Shown here: piece by piece, positions 62,201-64,000 of the stretch
Layout: every line of letters starts with the position of its first letter
Position numbering within the stretch: position 1 is the stretch's first letter
Assembly (NCBI GenBank): GCA_032718475.1
Contig: JAUCBJ010008372.1
Location: 23,144-87,143 of the forward strand
Length of the DNA: 64,000 nucleotides
Reading direction: 5' to 3'
Source: Nemertoderma westbladi
Taxonomy: Eukaryota > Animalia > Xenacoelomorpha
The notes under the pieces: generated by a model
What the model was told of the DNA's origin: nothing
The model's input: the letters and a program-made list of their open reading frames with translations, nothing else
Databases searched by the model: none
Translations under genes and position numbers: made by a program

Positions 62201-62239
62201 TAGCTCAGCTCGTGGTGTCGTCATATACTTAGTAGGCAT
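59228..62239 (-). CDS. pol: BEL/Pao pol, 5'-interrupted: RNase H C-terminal part, long linker, integrase (HHCC, DDE, DUF5641-like tail)
   Basis: TPRAELQAA, YWTDATLVL, FVANR, WRHCPGPQNPADIASRG, WQHGPQFL; DAH..KHAG..C..C; TGIDCFGP, YSDQGTNF, GGVWERLIRSIK, EAILNTRP, LTPAHLL, DGVTRTVTV. Confidence 0.95.
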   Translation of the reverse strand: MPTKYMTTPRAELQAATLSTTIVNLIQTELQSSLQIFYWTDATLVLFYINNDTLEFKTFVANRRAEILDRSIKEDWRHCPGPQNPADIASRGMMPEEFCKPENKEFWQHGPQFLQKSTQDWPPIYDNKSNTIPKDAEIKKPKKGKAKKRTAAKLKKKPKAKWKDITSKVKRGRLASLSTPDISPDGQPDTLLDSQPDILPDISQNVLPDTSNILTNSKAAVSLLERPSIDKQPDTLPDVSPDTLLDGQPDVLPDTSLDISPDVPRNILPDMSQNVLLDTSNILTNSEAAVSLLERPSIDKQPDTLPDVSPDTLLDGQPDVLPDMSLDISPDVPRNILPDMSQNVLLDTSNILTNSEAAVSLLERPCIDKLPNLTHLSNHKHSETSCITDVGSTYANVNTGVTLRSRDIPNLQPMVKPGINIGRKISLPKPTDPIEFKPPLTIDLQSTDNQGKKTKKDKLLVDPDGSTVNKGILTGGPVGPSSKSKPSKFSIDLPDDVTNTYVDRIVNLTDSWTNACRKLAWIVLFVQYVKGKRNFTRRLTLTEIDRCEIKLIRHYQLRYFAREFTSISQGQPIKSSPILSWSPIIYNGLICHKSRLQNIDFNTNFRYPIIIPQHHELQRAMILDAHLHLKHAGRHHCLSYLRTRFVLIRPSKALSSVTRTCMICKKVHSRIGTQEMSELPQARLQAFRPPFTETGIDCFGPIHTKRGCILVKRWGLIFTCMSSRAVHIERVMDLSTNAFILALRRFIARRGLVKCLYSDQGTNFVDARNEIARAFKKLDHDQISNELQPHKIVWKFNPPDSPWRGGVWERLIRSIKTAMAKVIPVNHILTDDQLTTLFVEIEAILNTRPIVLVPDDKQSQFALTPAHLLMQAPTTLMPISIPTESDSYGRKAWKITQLLANKFWEIWQNHYLPSISARTTWYNNTRAVKPGDHVLLAEVNLKRRFWITGVILATHPSMDGVTRTVTVRTIDGRTVDRPTQRLVLLEETRNESGDYKSPPSISK
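61130..61705 (-). repeat. In-frame 207-bp (69-aa) tandem duplication within the pol linker, ~2.7 copies
   Basis: GGCCGCTCCAATAG at 61146, 61353 and 61560. Confidence 0.93.
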
Positions 62240-64000
62240 TGTTGTAAGGGTCCAGTAGTATACCGCTTACCAGATCCTAGTAACGATGTATCTTACTATG
62301 AGACTCTAGTAATGTATACGGGCTTGTACAGTATCTGACAACAAATCCCAGTCCAGGATATCTAAACAAACAGATACAATACACAAACGACTACTGGCGA
62401 GGAACAGAGCCTTGTATCTATTCTATGTACGTGAGCGGGTCTAATGCCTACGTACTAGACAGAAGGATACCTGTCCTCTAACCGGTGAGGCAGATGTACA
62501 GTTACAGTAACAGACCAAACTCACGGGAAAACAATCCCCGCGCAGCGAATCCTAACTATCACTGACAGTCCTAAATACAGTAACTTGCCGCGGTGTGATT
62601 TATATGGTTTATATACGAACTAGGTGGTTAACAGACCTAGTGTAACAATGCTGATCATCCCTGTCGAAATCAGCCTAAAGGTCGTGCCTAAATGTAACAA
62701 TAACTGATCCCCCTGTACGAAATCAGTCTAAAGGGTCAAGCCTAAATGTAACAATAACTGCTGGACAACACAACAGTTTAATAACGAAAGTGAAATACTC
62801 CTTATCGCCGCAACTAAATCAGATCCTAATTTTACAAATACAGATAATTTCCACCTAAAGTAATGTATAGTGCGCTATAGCTAGTAGAACTTTAAAGGCA
62901 ATATGTTTTAGGGCGTGTGTGTGTGGGTGTGTTACAAATAAAACAATTTCGTGTAATTCCTTTTACTAGGTTTTAGTGATTTTCTGACTAAATGATACCG
63001 TGCGCTAGCTACTAAAATAAACTAGTCGCGTTTGTAGAACTTTATACTCACGAATGACGTCAAAGCTCTCTCCTTCCTATCCACAACCCAATGGGCAACC
63101 ACAGTGTTAGTAACTACACCCGTGATCGGCACTAATACCAGATTCTGGTTGTAAGATAAGAAATAGGGGTTAATCGCTACCGTACGTTAGCTGATCTGGT
63201 ATACTAATTTAATTCTAGAACTTTGTTGCTGCGGTAGTTAGCAGCAATACCTATCAGTACGTGGCAAGGCGCGGTAGGATATTAATAAAACCTCCCTAGG
63301 CCGAGCAGTGTGCCGGTAGCAGAAATACTCCTTGCCTGATCAAATAGCTAACTCCAGACGGGGGGGGGGGGGGGGGGGTACTAATGTACGTTCTACAAAG
63401 CGAACCGGTACCAAACAGTCAGTGCTATGAATCACTAAATTATGGAACATATGCTGTCCGTACCTAATATGTACTCGCGTACTGACGAATGGCAATAGTT
63501 CGCACCTGTAGGAAGTACAGGTTAACCCAGGGGTTCGTAGGACTGACAAAGGGGGGGGGGGGGTGTCTGGATATAATTATTTGATCCTAAATTTGCGGCG
63601 TCCAGTACGGTGTCACGCTTACCCTGATCTATAGGTCTTACGGCGGGCAAGGGCGTCGAACAAAGTCTTACCTTCTCACAAAGCGGGCGCTGCATAGCAA
63701 GTGGAGTATTTCGAAGGGGCAAAGGGGGTGCGCGGTCAATCCAATGTGGGCGCTAGCGTGTTGTGGACATCTCTTCCCTGCGTTGCTTACGGCCTAACGG
63801 TCTAGGCTGCCATCTCCCTGATGTTTGGCTGTCCCAAAGTTGGACCAAAAGAAAACATGTCAGGAATTTGCAGTATATTTACAGTTTTACAAAGGGATTT
63901 ATCAAATAAAGTTTCAACAAGAAACCGAAATAAACTAATAACAATTTAGGAATTTGCAAGAGTAAGGTGGTGTTATACATAGTATAAGGGGGTAATAACG
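62240..64000 (-). mobile_element. LTR of a related but diverged element inserted into pol (runs off the window)
   Basis: Starts TGTTG exactly where pol homology stops; shares colinear blocks with 52.2-53.4 kb but is far from identical. Confidence 0.65.

Larger units (their letters stand above)
52060..62239 (-). mobile_element. BEL/Pao LTR retrotransposon, 3' half (pol end, extra ORF, 3' UTR, 3' LTR); left boundary approximate
   Basis: Diagnostic Pao RNase H and integrase; same-strand downstream ORF; a 22-nt motif shared across pol, the intergenic gap, ORF3 and the 3' UTR links the parts; promoter and polyA signals at 53.4-53.8 kb. Confidence 0.8.

Overview
AT-rich eukaryotic (invertebrate metazoan-type) DNA dominated by repeats; no prokaryotic genes or CRISPR. 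1-14.4 kb: a 35-bp satellite with kb-scale higher-order duplications and two copies of a TTAA-flanked piggyBac-like non-autonomous element. 14.4-17.9 kb: an intact, probably internal or last, coding exon of a ROCO protein (Apaf-1-like winged helix, Roc GTPase, COR, Cys/His cluster, two CARD-like death folds). Its C-terminal 12-aa repeat continues into a ~12.4-kb 36-bp minisatellite, followed by a frameshifted second copy of the Cys-CARD-CARD module. 31-52 kb: minisatellites, MITEs, a MULE-like element and decayed RTE, CRE-like and other LINE fragments. 52-64 kb: the 3' half of a minus-strand BEL/Pao LTR retrotransposon (RNase H end plus integrase) with an intact extra ORF at the env position encoding a WRN/EXD-like DEDDy 3'-5' exonuclease and three CCHC knuckles. 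The element also has a six-times repeated hairpin motif, a tRNA-like Pol III unit and a CCAAT/HSE/TATA promoter; its pol is cut by a related, diverged LTR. All domain calls are by-eye motif recognition, not database searches.
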